DNA of 64,000 nucleotides. Source: Escherichia coli (GTDB lineage Bacteria; Pseudomonadota; Gammaproteobacteria; Enterobacterales; Enterobacteriaceae). Positions within the stretch are counted from its first letter, which is position 1; the number at the start of each line of letters is the position of its first letter. A program made the translations under genes and the position numbers. The stretch lies in the NCBI RefSeq assembly GCF_044324785.1, contig NZ_CP172129.1; one strand, written 5' to 3'. The notes beneath the pieces were generated by a model that saw only the letters and a program-made list of their open reading frames with translations, ran no database searches and had not been told where the DNA came from. Positions 11,167 through 20,619 of the stretch are shown here, piece after piece.

Positions 11167-12495
11167 CTTCTCAGACTACCGCTGGCGTTTTTTGAACGCC
11201 GAAAATTAGGTGATATCCAGTCACGTTTTGACTCCCTTGACACATTGAGGGCCACATTTACCACCAGTGTGATCGGGTTCATAATGGACAGCATTATGGT
11301 TGTCGGTGTTTGTGTGATGATGCTGTTATACGGAGGATATCTCACCTGGATAGTTCTCTGCTTTACCACAATTTACATTTTTATTCGTCTGGTGACATAC
11401 GGCAATTACCGACAGATATCAGAAGAATGTCTTGTCAGGGAGGCCCGTGCCGCCTCCTATTTTATGGAAACATTATATGGTATTGCCACGGTAAAAATCC
11501 AGGGGATGGTCGGAATTCGGGGGGCACACTGGCTTAATATGAAAATAGATGCGATAAATTCGGGTATTAAGCTAACCAGGATGGATTTGCTCTTCGGAGG
11601 AATAAATACCTTTGTTACCGCCTGTGATCAGATTGTAATTTTATGGCTGGGAGCAGGCCTTGTGATCGATAATCAGATGACAATAGGAATGTTTGTAGCG
11701 TTTAGTTCTTTTCGTGGGCAGTTTTCGGAAAGAGTTGCCTCTCTGACCAGTTTTCTTCTTCAGCTAAGAATAATGAGTCTGCACAATGAGCGCATTGCAG
11801 ATATTGCATTACATGAAAAGGAGGAAAAGAAACCTGAAATTGAAATCGTTGCTGATATGGGGCCAATATCCCTGGAAACCAATGGTTTAAGCTATCGTTA
11901 TGACAGTCAGTCAGCACCGATATTCAGTGCTCTGAGTTTATCTGTAGCTCCGGGGGAAAGTGTGGCTATAACTGGTGCTTCCGGTGCGGGAAAAACCACA
12001 TTAATGAAAGTACTATGTGGACTATTTGAACCTGATAGCGGGAGGGTACTGATAAATGGTATAGATATACGCCAAATTGGAATAAATAATTATCACCGGA
12101 TGATAGCCTGTGTTATGCAGGATGACCGGCTATTTTCAGGCTCAATTCGTGAAAATATCTGTGGTTTTGCAGAGGAAATGGATGAAGAGTGGATGGTAGA
12201 ATGTGCCAGAGCAAGTCATATTCATGATGTTATAATGAATATGCCAATGGGATATGAAACATTAATAGGTGAACTTGGGGAAGGTCTTTCTGGCGGTCAA
12301 AAACAGCGTATATTTATTGCACGAGCCTTATACCGGAAACCAGGAATATTATTTATGGATGAGGCAACCAGTGCTCTTGATTCAGAGAGTGAACATTTCG
12401 TGAATGTTGCCATAAAAAACATGAATATCACCAGGGTAATTATTGCACACAGAGAAACAACGTTGAGAACTGTTGATAGAGTTATTTCTATTTAA
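11167..12495 (+). pseudogene. cvaB: cvaB 3' fragment (transmembrane and ABC ATPase domains)
   Basis: Resumes in frame at the duplicated LLR codons; Walker A GASGAGKTT, ABC signature LSGGQKQR, Walker B ILFMDEATSALD. Confidence 0.85.
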
Positions 12496-12664
12496 ACCAT
12501 AGAGGAATTACAAGCGTATGAGGAATATTTCTTCCTGTTATAATTCCTCGTTATGCTCAGATATCTGTTGGAGGTGGAATGGAAGATAGACAATCCACCA
12601 AGAAGAAATATCATTCTGTGTGGATTGTCCAATAACTGTTCTTTCTTATATTAAATAATACTAT

Positions 12665-12976
12665 TTATAAACAAACATCACTAAGATTATTTGGACTCCA
12701 ATTACACAATCTTCCCGCAGCATAGTTCCATGCTTCTGAAGGTATCCCTTCGGGTTTTTGCTTAATTGTTCCCCCTAAACCGGATGGAGACATTGCAGGA
12801 TTAGGTTTGTGAGTGGATGCATAGTCATATATTGCACCTCCAGCCACACCCCCAGCAGCTGCTCCAATTCCTCCTGCAACAAATTGCCCGGATAGTGTTC
12901 CTATAGCCATCGCAATATCACGCCCTGAAGCACCACCAGAAACAGAATCTAATTCATTTAGAGTCAGAGTTCTCAT
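12665..12976 (-). CDS. cvaC: Colicin V (microcin V) precursor, 103 aa with double-glycine leader
   Basis: Leader MRTLTLNELDSVSGG followed by Gly/Ala-rich mature peptide; matches CvaC as recalled. Confidence 0.95.
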   Translation of the reverse strand: MRTLTLNELDSVSGGASGRDIAMAIGTLSGQFVAGGIGAAAGGVAGGAIYDYASTHKPNPAMSPSGLGGTIKQKPEGIPSEAWNYAAGRLCNWSPNNLSDVCL

Positions 12977-13190
12977 ATGATCTCCTTTTTATCTTATCGG
13001 ATATTGAATAATAATTATCACCAACAAAGTAACATATTGCAGACATTAATGCAGAGAAGCAAAATGTATGCATGGATAAAAAGTCCTTTCCTCTAAAAAC
13101 ACAATCATATATAGCTAATGCAATATATATTGCGGTGGCATTTATTATAAATGCAAATAACAACTCTAATTTTGTTCTTTTTCTATCCAT
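12954..13190 (-). CDS. cvi: Colicin V immunity protein Cvi (78 aa)
   Basis: 78-aa hydrophobic protein immediately upstream of and overlapping cvaC. Confidence 0.9.
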   Translation of the reverse strand: MDRKRTKLELLFAFIINATAIYIALAIYDCVFRGKDFLSMHTFCFSALMSAICYFVGDNYYSISDKIKRRSYENSDSK

Positions 13191-13235
13191 TACTTTTTAT
13201 CCCATTACTTTCTATCCCATTACCACACAAACACT

Positions 13236-13254
13236 AACGATAATGATTATCGTT
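13236..13254. promoter_or_regulatory. Fur box upstream of cvi-cvaC (aacgataatgattatcgtt)
   Basis: 19-bp palindrome close to the Fur consensus, about 45 bp upstream of the cvi start. Confidence 0.6.
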
Positions 13255-13308
13255 AACATAGTCAAGAGTGAAGGGTAGGAGGCCCTCAACCCCCTATAAG
13301 GGGTCCGC

Positions 13309-14128
13309 TTGGAAAACGGATTTCCCCACGTCAAGAGAATTGATTTGAACGAGTGGCTTCGCTACAAACAGCTCCCGTTTGTGTGTGAAAAACCCCTCTC
13401 AACAGATCTCAACTCTGCACGATATCTACAGGAGATTGCTCCAAAAGGCAGTATCGTGTCTTTTAACTACCGATATAACCCCGTCATCGACATGATAATG
13501 CGTCTGAGAAATGAGAAGAAATTAGGTGAACTGCATTTCTTCTCAGCAGAATTTAATAAAAATTCTGCACTGACCCGCCATCACCTGACCTGGCGAGACT
13601 CCGCACAACAGAGCAAAAGCAGCGGTGCTCTGGGCGATCTATCCTGTCATCTGCTTGATTTATTTTGTTTTATAGGGGAAAGCCCGGTAGTGGTTCATGG
13701 GATCAAAACGGTAAAGGGGACACGTGGGTACAAAATCAGATGGTCAGGTTGAAGTGGATGATAACGGCTATGTAATGGGCAGTTCAGAAAAGGGAGCTTA
13801 TTTCAGAGTTCATGCCAGTAAATCGGAAACAGATCATAATTTGGGACTGCATATACAGCTTGTATTTGAAAATGGTGAAATCAGATATTCAACCCACCAT
13901 GAAAATCGCCTGCTCCTGATTCTATTTAATGATACGAATACGGAAACAATTGGCTTCGACGCTCTGAAACGCTTGCCTGATCCACCACGGGAGCTTCCAT
14001 TCTGGTCTGATTCGTTTATTCATCTTCATGACGACTGGTGTGCTCTTATTAAATATGGTCACTCGTCTCCTAAGCTGGCGGACCTGTCATCCGGCCTTCA
14101 TATACAGGAAATAATTGAGGCATTCTGA
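13309..14128 (+). pseudogene. Gfo/Idh/MocA-type oxidoreductase remnant (N-terminally truncated and split over two frames near 13724-13752)
   Basis: EKP motif (FVCEKPLS) near the start of the first ORF; C-terminal domain continues in a different frame. Confidence 0.5.
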
Positions 14129-14399
14129 TATGGATACCATTCTTTTAACCGGGCTGTTTGCTGCATTTTTCACAACGTTTGCGTTCGCTCCCCAGAGCAT
14201 AAAAACTATCAGGACACGCAATACCGAAGGTATCTCCGTTGTTATGTATATCATGTTCCTGACAGGTGTAATCTCATGGATAGCGTATGGCATTATGCGA
14301 TCTGATTTTGCCGTACTGATCGCCAATATTGTCACACTGTTTCTGGCTGCACCAGTGCTTGTAATAACACTTATCAACCGCAGGAAAAAACACGTATGA
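14115..14399 (+). CDS. SemiSWEET/PQ-loop small membrane transporter (start probably at 14130)
   Basis: About 90 aa with three hydrophobic helices and a PQ motif (FAFAPQSIKTIR). Confidence 0.55.
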   Translation: MRHSDMDTILLTGLFAAFFTTFAFAPQSIKTIRTRNTEGISVVMYIMFLTGVISWIAYGIMRSDFAVLIANIVTLFLAAPVLVITLINRRKKHV

Positions 14400-14662
14400 A
14401 TATTGCAATCATCGGCGCGGGTCCTGCCGGCATCATTTCTGCCCGTAATGCGATTAAAGCAGGTCACTCCGTGGTTCTGTTTGAGAAGAATACCCGAATT
14501 GGGGGGATCTGGAACCCCTGGAGTGGTGGCGCTTACCGTAATGCCTGTATGCAGAACTCTCGTTATACATTTCATTATACTGGCTTTCCCCCTGGCGATA
14601 TCGATGAACGAAGTTGGATGCAAATGTCAGATCGTGTGCGCCTGTTAGGGCGCGGCTGGTAA
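14396..14662 (+). pseudogene. N-terminal stub (88 aa) of a flavin-dependent monooxygenase
   Basis: Dinucleotide-binding motif IAIIGAGPAGI, then a premature stop; full-length homologues are several-fold longer. Confidence 0.5.
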
Positions 14663-14689
14663 GAGAGCCTTATAGGCGCATTTGAAAAA

Positions 14690-14708
14690 CCTCCGGCTAT
14701 GCCGGAGG
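14690..14708. terminator. Hairpin cctccggc-tat-gccggagg flanked by T/A runs, between convergent genes
   Basis: 8-bp stem read directly; followed by atatttattt. Confidence 0.5.
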
Positions 14709-14717
14709 ATATTTATT

Positions 14718-15200
14718 TCATAATATTCTGAGCAGTCTTGCCGGGTTTCCTGCATAAATGCCTTTGTTCTCAATCGGTTTTACCACAACTGAACCCGCAC
14801 CAATAACAGCTCCGCTGCATATATACGGAGACAGAATAATGGCTCCACTGCCAACAGTAACCGAATCCCCCAGGGTAATGCTGATCCAGTTATCCGGTGA
14901 CGGATCTGGTGCTCCTGAACGAAACAGATCGTTGGCGAACGTCACGTTATGACCAATGAAGCAGTTCTCCCCCAGTGTTACGTTCTCACAAATAAACGTG
15001 TGCGACTGTATCCGGCTTCCACTACCAATGACACAGCCTTTCTGTATCTCAACGAAGGGGCCGACAAACACGTTGTCCCTGAGTTCACATTCATAAATGT
15101 TGACCGGTTTGACAATACGGACATTGGTCCCATAAATCACATCCCGGACAGCACATTCCATAAATTTCATACTCACACGTCCTTTAAATACAGATGACAC
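14718..15200 (-). CDS. Hexapeptide-repeat (left-handed beta-helix) acyl/acetyltransferase (start possibly at 15170)
   Basis: Repeated [LIV]-G-x-x-x-x hexapeptide pattern (VIGSGSRI, IGHNVTF, VGSGAII, IGAGSVV). Confidence 0.7.
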   Translation of the reverse strand: MSSVFKGRVSMKFMECAVRDVIYGTNVRIVKPVNIYECELRDNVFVGPFVEIQKGCVIGSGSRIQSHTFICENVTLGENCFIGHNVTFANDLFRSGAPDPSPDNWISITLGDSVTVGSGAIILSPYICSGAVIGAGSVVVKPIENKGIYAGNPARLLRIL

Positions 15201-15462
15201 TTGCCGGAATTATACAGCCCAGATTCACTTGCTATGTTTCAGAATAGCTTATAAGCCGCACTTTTACCGATACTCAGCAACAAATCAGGTCTGGATCCAC
15301 TTCAGCCGGAAACCGGATCTGCGCGGCGGGGAACGGGCATACAATATGATAATTAAGCAACTTATATAAAACCATATCTGATATTATTAATAATAAATAA
15401 CACACAAATCATGCGGGATATGATTTTTATTTGTCAGAACATTATCAGATGGAGCGTGCAGG

Positions 15463-15723
15463 ATGGATGAAGAAAGGGTGTTTTCACTCAGCTATGAACA
15501 ACTGACCCGGTTTGCGGAAAAACGCATCCGGGAATGCAATCTGGACAGCCAGGGCGTAACTTATCTCTGCGAGTCAGCCAAAGCCGGAGCTGTGCTGATC
15601 TTCTGGCATGAACTGGCCATAAATGGCTATGCCTCAATGAATGCCATAAAGAGACAGGAGATCATTGACGCCGACCATCAGCGCCTCAGAAAGCTCATCT
15701 GGCCGGAGGATGACTGGAAATGA
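15463..15723 (+). CDS. Hypothetical protein (86 aa), first gene of a two-gene GC-rich operon
   Basis: ORF with overlapping stop/start (ATGA) with the next gene; no recognisable motif. Confidence 0.4.
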   Translation: MDEERVFSLSYEQLTRFAEKRIRECNLDSQGVTYLCESAKAGAVLIFWHELAINGYASMNAIKRQEIIDADHQRLRKLIWPEDDWK

Positions 15724-16310
15724 CTCAGAGCCGCCGACCGTCGCCACTGCAGCGAAGAATGCTGATTGTGCTGGCTGCCCTTGATGAAAAACGGCCAGGA
15801 CCCGTGCTGACGCGGGACATAGAACGGGTGCTGGAGCGAAGCGGGGAAGCCCCAGTCTACGGGCCAAACCTGCGCGCCTCCTGCCGTCGTCTGGAGGATG
15901 CCGGCTGGCTGCGTACCCTGCGCGCTCCGAACCTGCAGCTGGCAGTGGAGCTGACGGACGTCGGCCGGGCCGTGGCACAGCCTCTGCTGCTGGCAGAACA
16001 GGACCGCCTCCGGGCAGAACAGCGTGCGGCAGAAGTCGTCGTACTGCCGCTGGTCCCGGCAGCAGGTCTGCCCGCAGATGGCACTTCTGCCACTGATCTG
16101 GCGGTGCAGCTGAACGGCATAACGTATCAGGCCTGCCGTGGGGATTTTGTGGTGCATCTCGACGGCAGCACCTGTCTGCAGTTATGGAATAAAGAAGGCA
16201 GGGTGGTACGCCGGGAGGGCGATCCGCTGGAAGTGGCGCAGTGGCTGCAGGCCTGTCACGATGCAGGAATGGAGGTTCGCGTACAGATAAATGAAAGTGC
16301 CGCTCCGTAA
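15720..16310 (+). CDS. Hypothetical protein (196 aa), possible N-terminal winged-helix-like domain
   Basis: Translationally coupled to the upstream ORF; a partial decayed copy exists at 6253..6590. Confidence 0.45.
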   Translation: MTQSRRPSPLQRRMLIVLAALDEKRPGPVLTRDIERVLERSGEAPVYGPNLRASCRRLEDAGWLRTLRAPNLQLAVELTDVGRAVAQPLLLAEQDRLRAEQRAAEVVVLPLVPAAGLPADGTSATDLAVQLNGITYQACRGDFVVHLDGSTCLQLWNKEGRVVRREGDPLEVAQWLQACHDAGMEVRVQINESAAP

Positions 16311-16329
16311 GAACACGCCTGTGCACGGT

Positions 16330-16587
16330 TTACACATCATCCCATGGTGGCAGCCGGTTAACTTTCCTGCGCCCCCAGTAGATAAACCACATTGCACATC
16401 CCCAGGAAATGCCCCATAAGCCCCCCGTCAGCACCGTGACCTGCCAGAACGGCATAAAGGGTAATGGCGGAAGCCGGATACCCAGCCGCCAGAGAATACA
16501 CAGAAGAGGAGGGGCATAATTGCTCCGCCACATCTTTTTGCTGTCCATCAGGGCAATGGCCCGGGCTTTTTTCTGCTCAAAGGTCAC
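16330..16587 (-). CDS. Small hydrophobic membrane protein (85 aa), paralogue of 6601..6909 with an internal deletion
   Basis: Shares termini with the 102-aa copy; lacks about 100 bp present in that copy. Confidence 0.4.
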   Translation of the reverse strand: MTFEQKKARAIALMDSKKMWRSNYAPPLLCILWRLGIRLPPLPFMPFWQVTVLTGGLWGISWGCAMWFIYWGRRKVNRLPPWDDV

Positions 16588-16715
16588 AGGAGCACCTCCG
16601 TTCCATGATGTAAACGTGACACAGCTTATTGTTATTGATTATTATTATCATGCTGTGGTTATGTTGTCATGCATCAGTACACTGACAAAAGTGCAAAAGA
16701 AAGGAAAACAGGCAG

Positions 16716-17051
16716 ATGAACAGAAAATATTATTTTAATAATATGTGGTGGGGATGGGTGACGGGGGGATATATGCTGTATATGTCATGGGATTATGATT
16801 TTAAATACAGATTACTGTTCTGGTGTATTTCTCTCTGCGGAATGGTTTTGTATCCGGTTGCAAAATGGTATATTGAAGATACAGCTCTGAAATTTACCCG
16901 GCCTGATTTCTGGAACAGCGGTTTTTTTGCTGATACACCTGGAAAAATGGGATTGCTTGCTGTTTATACGGGTACTGTTTTCATATTATCTCTTCCGTTA
17001 AGTCTGATATATATTCTTTCTGTTATTATAAAAAGGCTGTCTGTAAGATAG
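16716..17051 (+). CDS. iia: Colicin Ia immunity protein (111 aa)
   Basis: 111-aa membrane protein MNRKYYFNNMWWGW..., convergent with and adjacent to the colicin Ia gene. Confidence 0.9.
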   Translation: MNRKYYFNNMWWGWVTGGYMLYMSWDYDFKYRLLFWCISLCGMVLYPVAKWYIEDTALKFTRPDFWNSGFFADTPGKMGLLAVYTGTVFILSLPLSLIYILSVIIKRLSVR

Positions 17052-17058
17052 ACAGCCT
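17034..17058. terminator. Hairpin ggctgtc-tgtaagata-gacagcc followed by a T-rich run, between convergent imm and cia
   Basis: 7-bp stem and 9-nt loop read directly. Confidence 0.45.
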
Positions 17059-17072
17059 GTCTTATATTTTAT

Positions 17073-18953
17073 TTAAATACCCCAGAACTTATTCGCTTTT
17101 TCCACAAGCGATTCATCAATCAGCGCACCGGTGACAGCCATCAGTAAACCATACCCGATAATGCCTAAAGCGCTTCCGGTAAGAATACTGAAGACCAGTG
17201 CAACAAGAGCCGTTGCGGCATTGCCTGCTATAATGGCTTCTGTTTTAACAAAAAGAGGACGCCAGTTCTCTGTCCGGACACCCTTACCAAACTCAGTGAT
17301 CCAGTCAGCAAGACTTGTAAATTTTCCTGCATATCCCAGTCCCCGACTGAATCTGTTCAGATTAGACGATATATCAGACAGCTTCACTGACTCAAGGGCT
17401 GCGGCAATCGCTGCACGATCTTTTGCATTAATTTTTTTGTTAATGTCAGCCCGGTACTTTTCATACGTTTTTAATGCCTCTTCAACATTACGTATTTTCT
17501 TCCCTTTAGCCTGCCCGGCCATCTCTCTGGCTAACTGCTCAGCTTTTGCACCATATTTTTCTGAAACTGATTTCAGGAACTCTGTTGTGAAATTAATTGC
17601 GTCTTTCGTTGCCTTCAGTTCATCCTGTTTTCTTTTCTCTTCCGCTATCTTCTGATTGATGCCGGCAAGCTGGTTACGGATATTCTCTTTTTCCTTCAAC
17701 AGGGCATTAAGAGCGTCATTTGCATGCTTTTGCTCATTTGTTCTGGCACTGAGGTTATTTCTCGCAGAATTTACCGCAGATTCAGCAGAGGTGATTTTAT
17801 TTCTGGCATCAAGCAATCTTTGCCGTAACTTATCCCATTCAGCAACTTCAGCATTATAAATTTTCTTGTCACCTTCCACATCCTCTGTCACCACCGGATT
17901 CCGGTCATTCAGAATATTGCGTTTATAGTCCAGACCGGAATGGGTCAGAAGATAATTCAGGTTTGCACGGTTATCGATGACTGCGCTGGTTGTGATTTTT
18001 ATCGTACCGGCAAATCTCGGATCACCGCTCACAACAATAGAATGATTTGTTGATGAACGCCCCGGGAATTTTTCAGGGGAAACTATCGTTTTGCCGTCAA
18101 GCGTGTTTTTCTGTTGCGTCAGCTGTTGCTCAGCTCTGGTTAATGCATTACGGGCCGTGTTAAGCGATTCCGTCACTGAACTGAGTTTATTCCGGGCCTC
18201 TGAAATGGCCCTGTCATTCCGTGTCTGCTGCCCGAGCAGACGGGCCTGTTGTGCATCAAGAACGGCAAGGGCTGCCCCGCCATTTTTTTCCAGCTCTGAC
18301 AACCGCGTGTCCAGAATACCTTTTCTGCGCTCGTATTCAGCAAGCATATCAGCGGCCTTCTTGTCTGCGTTCTGCGCATCCTTCTGCCGTTTTTCAGCCT
18401 GTTCGATTAACGACCTGGCCTCCCGGGGAGATATACGAAGAGAATCAGCATCAGCAAAGAGCATCCGGCTCTCTGTATGCAGCCGGAGGGCATCATATCC
18501 GGCGATTTCAGTACGGAATCCGTATTCTCTCAGCTCTGCCTGCAGGAGTCTGAACTCCTGTCGTGTAATATCAGCGGCATCTGCGTTTCCGGCACGGAGT
18601 GTTTTCAGTGTGTTTTCATCTTTTTCCCTTGCAGCAATCGCCGCAGAGAGGCGTTTTGCGGCTTCAGTACGCTTATTCTCATTCTCTTTCTGCTGCGCGC
18701 TGAGCGTCATTTTGTACGCTGTGATTTCCTTGTCCCTTTTTTCGATATCACTTCGGGTTGGGGAATCATCGACCCACTCGTTTCCGCCCCAGATGGTTTT
18801 GTTCCCGAAGGAACTCCATGCAGGCGGGGTACCATGAAAGACATCGACACGTGGAGGGTTTACATAAATATCAACGGCCATAATTTCATGGCCATCTGAA
18901 TCATACCCCAGCGATTCTGCACCGGGATTTGTAATACGTACAGGGTCAGACAT
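17073..18953 (-). CDS. cia: Colicin Ia (626 aa, pore-forming)
   Basis: 626-aa product MSDPVRITNPGAESLGYDSDGHEIMAVDIY... with C-terminal hydrophobic channel-forming hairpin. Confidence 0.95.
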   Translation of the reverse strand: MSDPVRITNPGAESLGYDSDGHEIMAVDIYVNPPRVDVFHGTPPAWSSFGNKTIWGGNEWVDDSPTRSDIEKRDKEITAYKMTLSAQQKENENKRTEAAKRLSAAIAAREKDENTLKTLRAGNADAADITRQEFRLLQAELREYGFRTEIAGYDALRLHTESRMLFADADSLRISPREARSLIEQAEKRQKDAQNADKKAADMLAEYERRKGILDTRLSELEKNGGAALAVLDAQQARLLGQQTRNDRAISEARNKLSSVTESLNTARNALTRAEQQLTQQKNTLDGKTIVSPEKFPGRSSTNHSIVVSGDPRFAGTIKITTSAVIDNRANLNYLLTHSGLDYKRNILNDRNPVVTEDVEGDKKIYNAEVAEWDKLRQRLLDARNKITSAESAVNSARNNLSARTNEQKHANDALNALLKEKENIRNQLAGINQKIAEEKRKQDELKATKDAINFTTEFLKSVSEKYGAKAEQLAREMAGQAKGKKIRNVEEALKTYEKYRADINKKINAKDRAAIAAALESVKLSDISSNLNRFSRGLGYAGKFTSLADWITEFGKGVRTENWRPLFVKTEAIIAGNAATALVALVFSILTGSALGIIGYGLLMAVTGALIDESLVEKANKFWGI

Positions 18954-18995
18954 TCGGTATCTCCTTCATCCGCTGAGGAAAACAAATGAATTAAC

Positions 18996-19024
18996 TGCTT
19001 ACGTATGTGGATACATATACAGTA
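18996..19024. promoter_or_regulatory. LexA (SOS) box-like sequence upstream of cia (minus strand TACTGTATATGTATCCACATACGTAAGCAG)
   Basis: CTGTATAT half-site and AT-rich core 43-70 bp upstream of the cia start codon; colicin genes are classically SOS-regulated. Confidence 0.5.
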
Positions 19025-19138
19025 TTAATTTATTAAGGAGAAAATGGCATGTCAAGATTTAATGATAGTGATTATCATTAACATGAAGTGATTTTACGTC
19101 TGGATAACGTAAATGATTGCGGTATACAGGCCAGGCGG

Positions 19139-19987
19139 TCAGATTTTCAGCCGTGCCTGTTCCTGCAGCAGTTCCAGATGATATGCAGCAATAGCGTTTA
19201 CCACCCCTGCCGTCATCCGTGCGTCGGCGATCGCTGAGTGTGCCTGCCCTTCCCAGGTCAGTCCGGCCTGGCTGGCAGCACAGGCCAGTGAAATCGTGCC
19301 ATAGCGGTTGGTGGCCCCATAATATCCTGCAGCCAGCTCCATCGCACAATATACCGTCAGTTCTTCCAGCCAGTCAGCCGGATCGCTATGTGCGGCAGCA
19401 GTCTGTTTCAGAATGCGGATGTCGAACCGGGCATTAAAGATAATTACTGGTCGGTCCCCGATTGCATGACGCAGTTGCCGCGCCACATCTGTCCATGATG
19501 GTGCGCCGCAGAGAGCCTGCTCGCTGATACCATGCACAGCGGCGGCCTGCGCCCCGATGGCGACCGTGGGCTTCAGCCTGGTTTCAAATACCACCTGACC
19601 GGACGCATCGGTCAGGCCGATTTCCAGAGCTTCCGCGGTATTGTCCAGTCCTGTCGTTTCAGTATCCAGAAAGAGCGGTGCCAGACTCAGCCAGTCATAT
19701 GCCTGCCGTGCCATCCGGCCACTGGTGCTGTTAAGTCTGGATAAAACGGAAAGTCGCTGGCCAGCCAGAAGTTGTTTACTCGTCAGTGGGCGTTTCTCAC
19801 GCATCGGAACACAGTCTGCAATTCGGTATACAGCGAACCTGCCACCATAAGTGTTTTTATACCACTTAACCGGCTCAGCACCGGGGGCTGGCTTCATTCT
19901 GAATTCATCGCGCAGCCGTTCTTTCGAGAAACACCTGTCTTCGGCAATCGCCTGCGCACGTCTGGTGGCCAGCTCATCATTATTCAT
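19139..19987 (-). CDS. DnaQ-like DEDDh 3'-5' exonuclease domain protein (282 aa)
   Basis: Exo I motif LFLDTETTGLD, then an HxAxxD-type motif (HSAIADA) near the C-terminus. Confidence 0.7.
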   Translation of the reverse strand: MNNDELATRRAQAIAEDRCFSKERLRDEFRMKPAPGAEPVKWYKNTYGGRFAVYRIADCVPMREKRPLTSKQLLAGQRLSVLSRLNSTSGRMARQAYDWLSLAPLFLDTETTGLDNTAEALEIGLTDASGQVVFETRLKPTVAIGAQAAAVHGISEQALCGAPSWTDVARQLRHAIGDRPVIIFNARFDIRILKQTAAAHSDPADWLEELTVYCAMELAAGYYGATNRYGTISLACAASQAGLTWEGQAHSAIADARMTAGVVNAIAAYHLELLQEQARLKI

Positions 19988-20032
19988 GGTTCTTGCATCT
20001 CCGTCAGACCTTTTTATATCCGGACAGCCCCT

Positions 20033-20314
20033 CTATGGCCACTTCTGTGCAGTATGCAATACACGCAGGATATACACTTTTCCCCACTGGCTGTCGACCT
20101 CATAAACCAGAACAAAATGCGGGTGAATAACCAGTTCCCGGGTACCTTCCACACGACCGTTGCGGCCTTTATACGGCTGCCCGGCCAGGCTGCTGGCTGA
20201 ATAACCAATCCGTTCGTCCAGTTCAATGGCGGCCATCAGGTTCTGCTCCGCAATGTACTCACGAATGCGCTTCCTGTCCTGGCTGGCCAGCATGGTCCAG
20301 AATATCTCCATCAT
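20033..20314 (-). CDS. ParE/RelE-family type II toxin (93 aa)
   Basis: Small basic protein overlapping the stop of the upstream RHH antitoxin gene; typical toxin-antitoxin layout. Confidence 0.75.
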   Translation of the reverse strand: MMEIFWTMLASQDRKRIREYIAEQNLMAAIELDERIGYSASSLAGQPYKGRNGRVEGTRELVIHPHFVLVYEVDSQWGKVYILRVLHTAQKWP

Positions 20315-20580
20315 TTACCGGCGACTTTCCTGCTCATTTCATCCCGCCATGCAGCAGCGGAAGATTCGACCATGTCATGGGGAAGCACATCGCCGCGCTC
20401 GAGTTGCTGACGTCCTGCCTCAACCTGGTCACGGAACCAGGTATTATGCTGCCGTTCCACGGTCTGGCGCATAAAATCCCGGATTAACTGAGAGCCATTA
20501 CGGTCCATGCTTTTTGCAGCGGCCATAAAAGCATCCTTCAGTTCAGCGTCAATTCTTAAACTCATATTAACCTGTGCCAT
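20311..20580 (-). CDS. Ribbon-helix-helix (ParD/CopG-like) antitoxin (89 aa)
   Basis: N-terminal RHH-like segment SLRIDAELKDAF; 4-bp overlap with the toxin gene. Confidence 0.75.
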   Translation of the reverse strand: MAQVNMSLRIDAELKDAFMAAAKSMDRNGSQLIRDFMRQTVERQHNTWFRDQVEAGRQQLERGDVLPHDMVESSAAAWRDEMSRKVAGK

Positions 20581-20602
20581 TTATCACCTCGTCATTACTA
20601 CG

Positions 20603-20619
20603 TATATACACAGTATATA
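20603..20619. promoter_or_regulatory. Inverted repeat tatatac-aca-gtatata upstream of the antitoxin gene (likely autoregulatory operator)
   Basis: Palindrome about 23 bp upstream of the antitoxin start. Confidence 0.45.

Noticed and set aside
15634-16326. Minus-strand ORFs of 230 and 159 aa overlapping the 15463-16310 operon
   Set aside because: Pro/Arg-rich antisense translations in a GC-rich region; the plus-strand pair has translational coupling and is preferred.
17131-18899. Plus-strand ORFs (174, 248 and 140 aa) overlapping the colicin Ia gene
   Set aside because: Antisense to cia; low-complexity Ser/Ala/Cys-rich translations typical of spurious frames.
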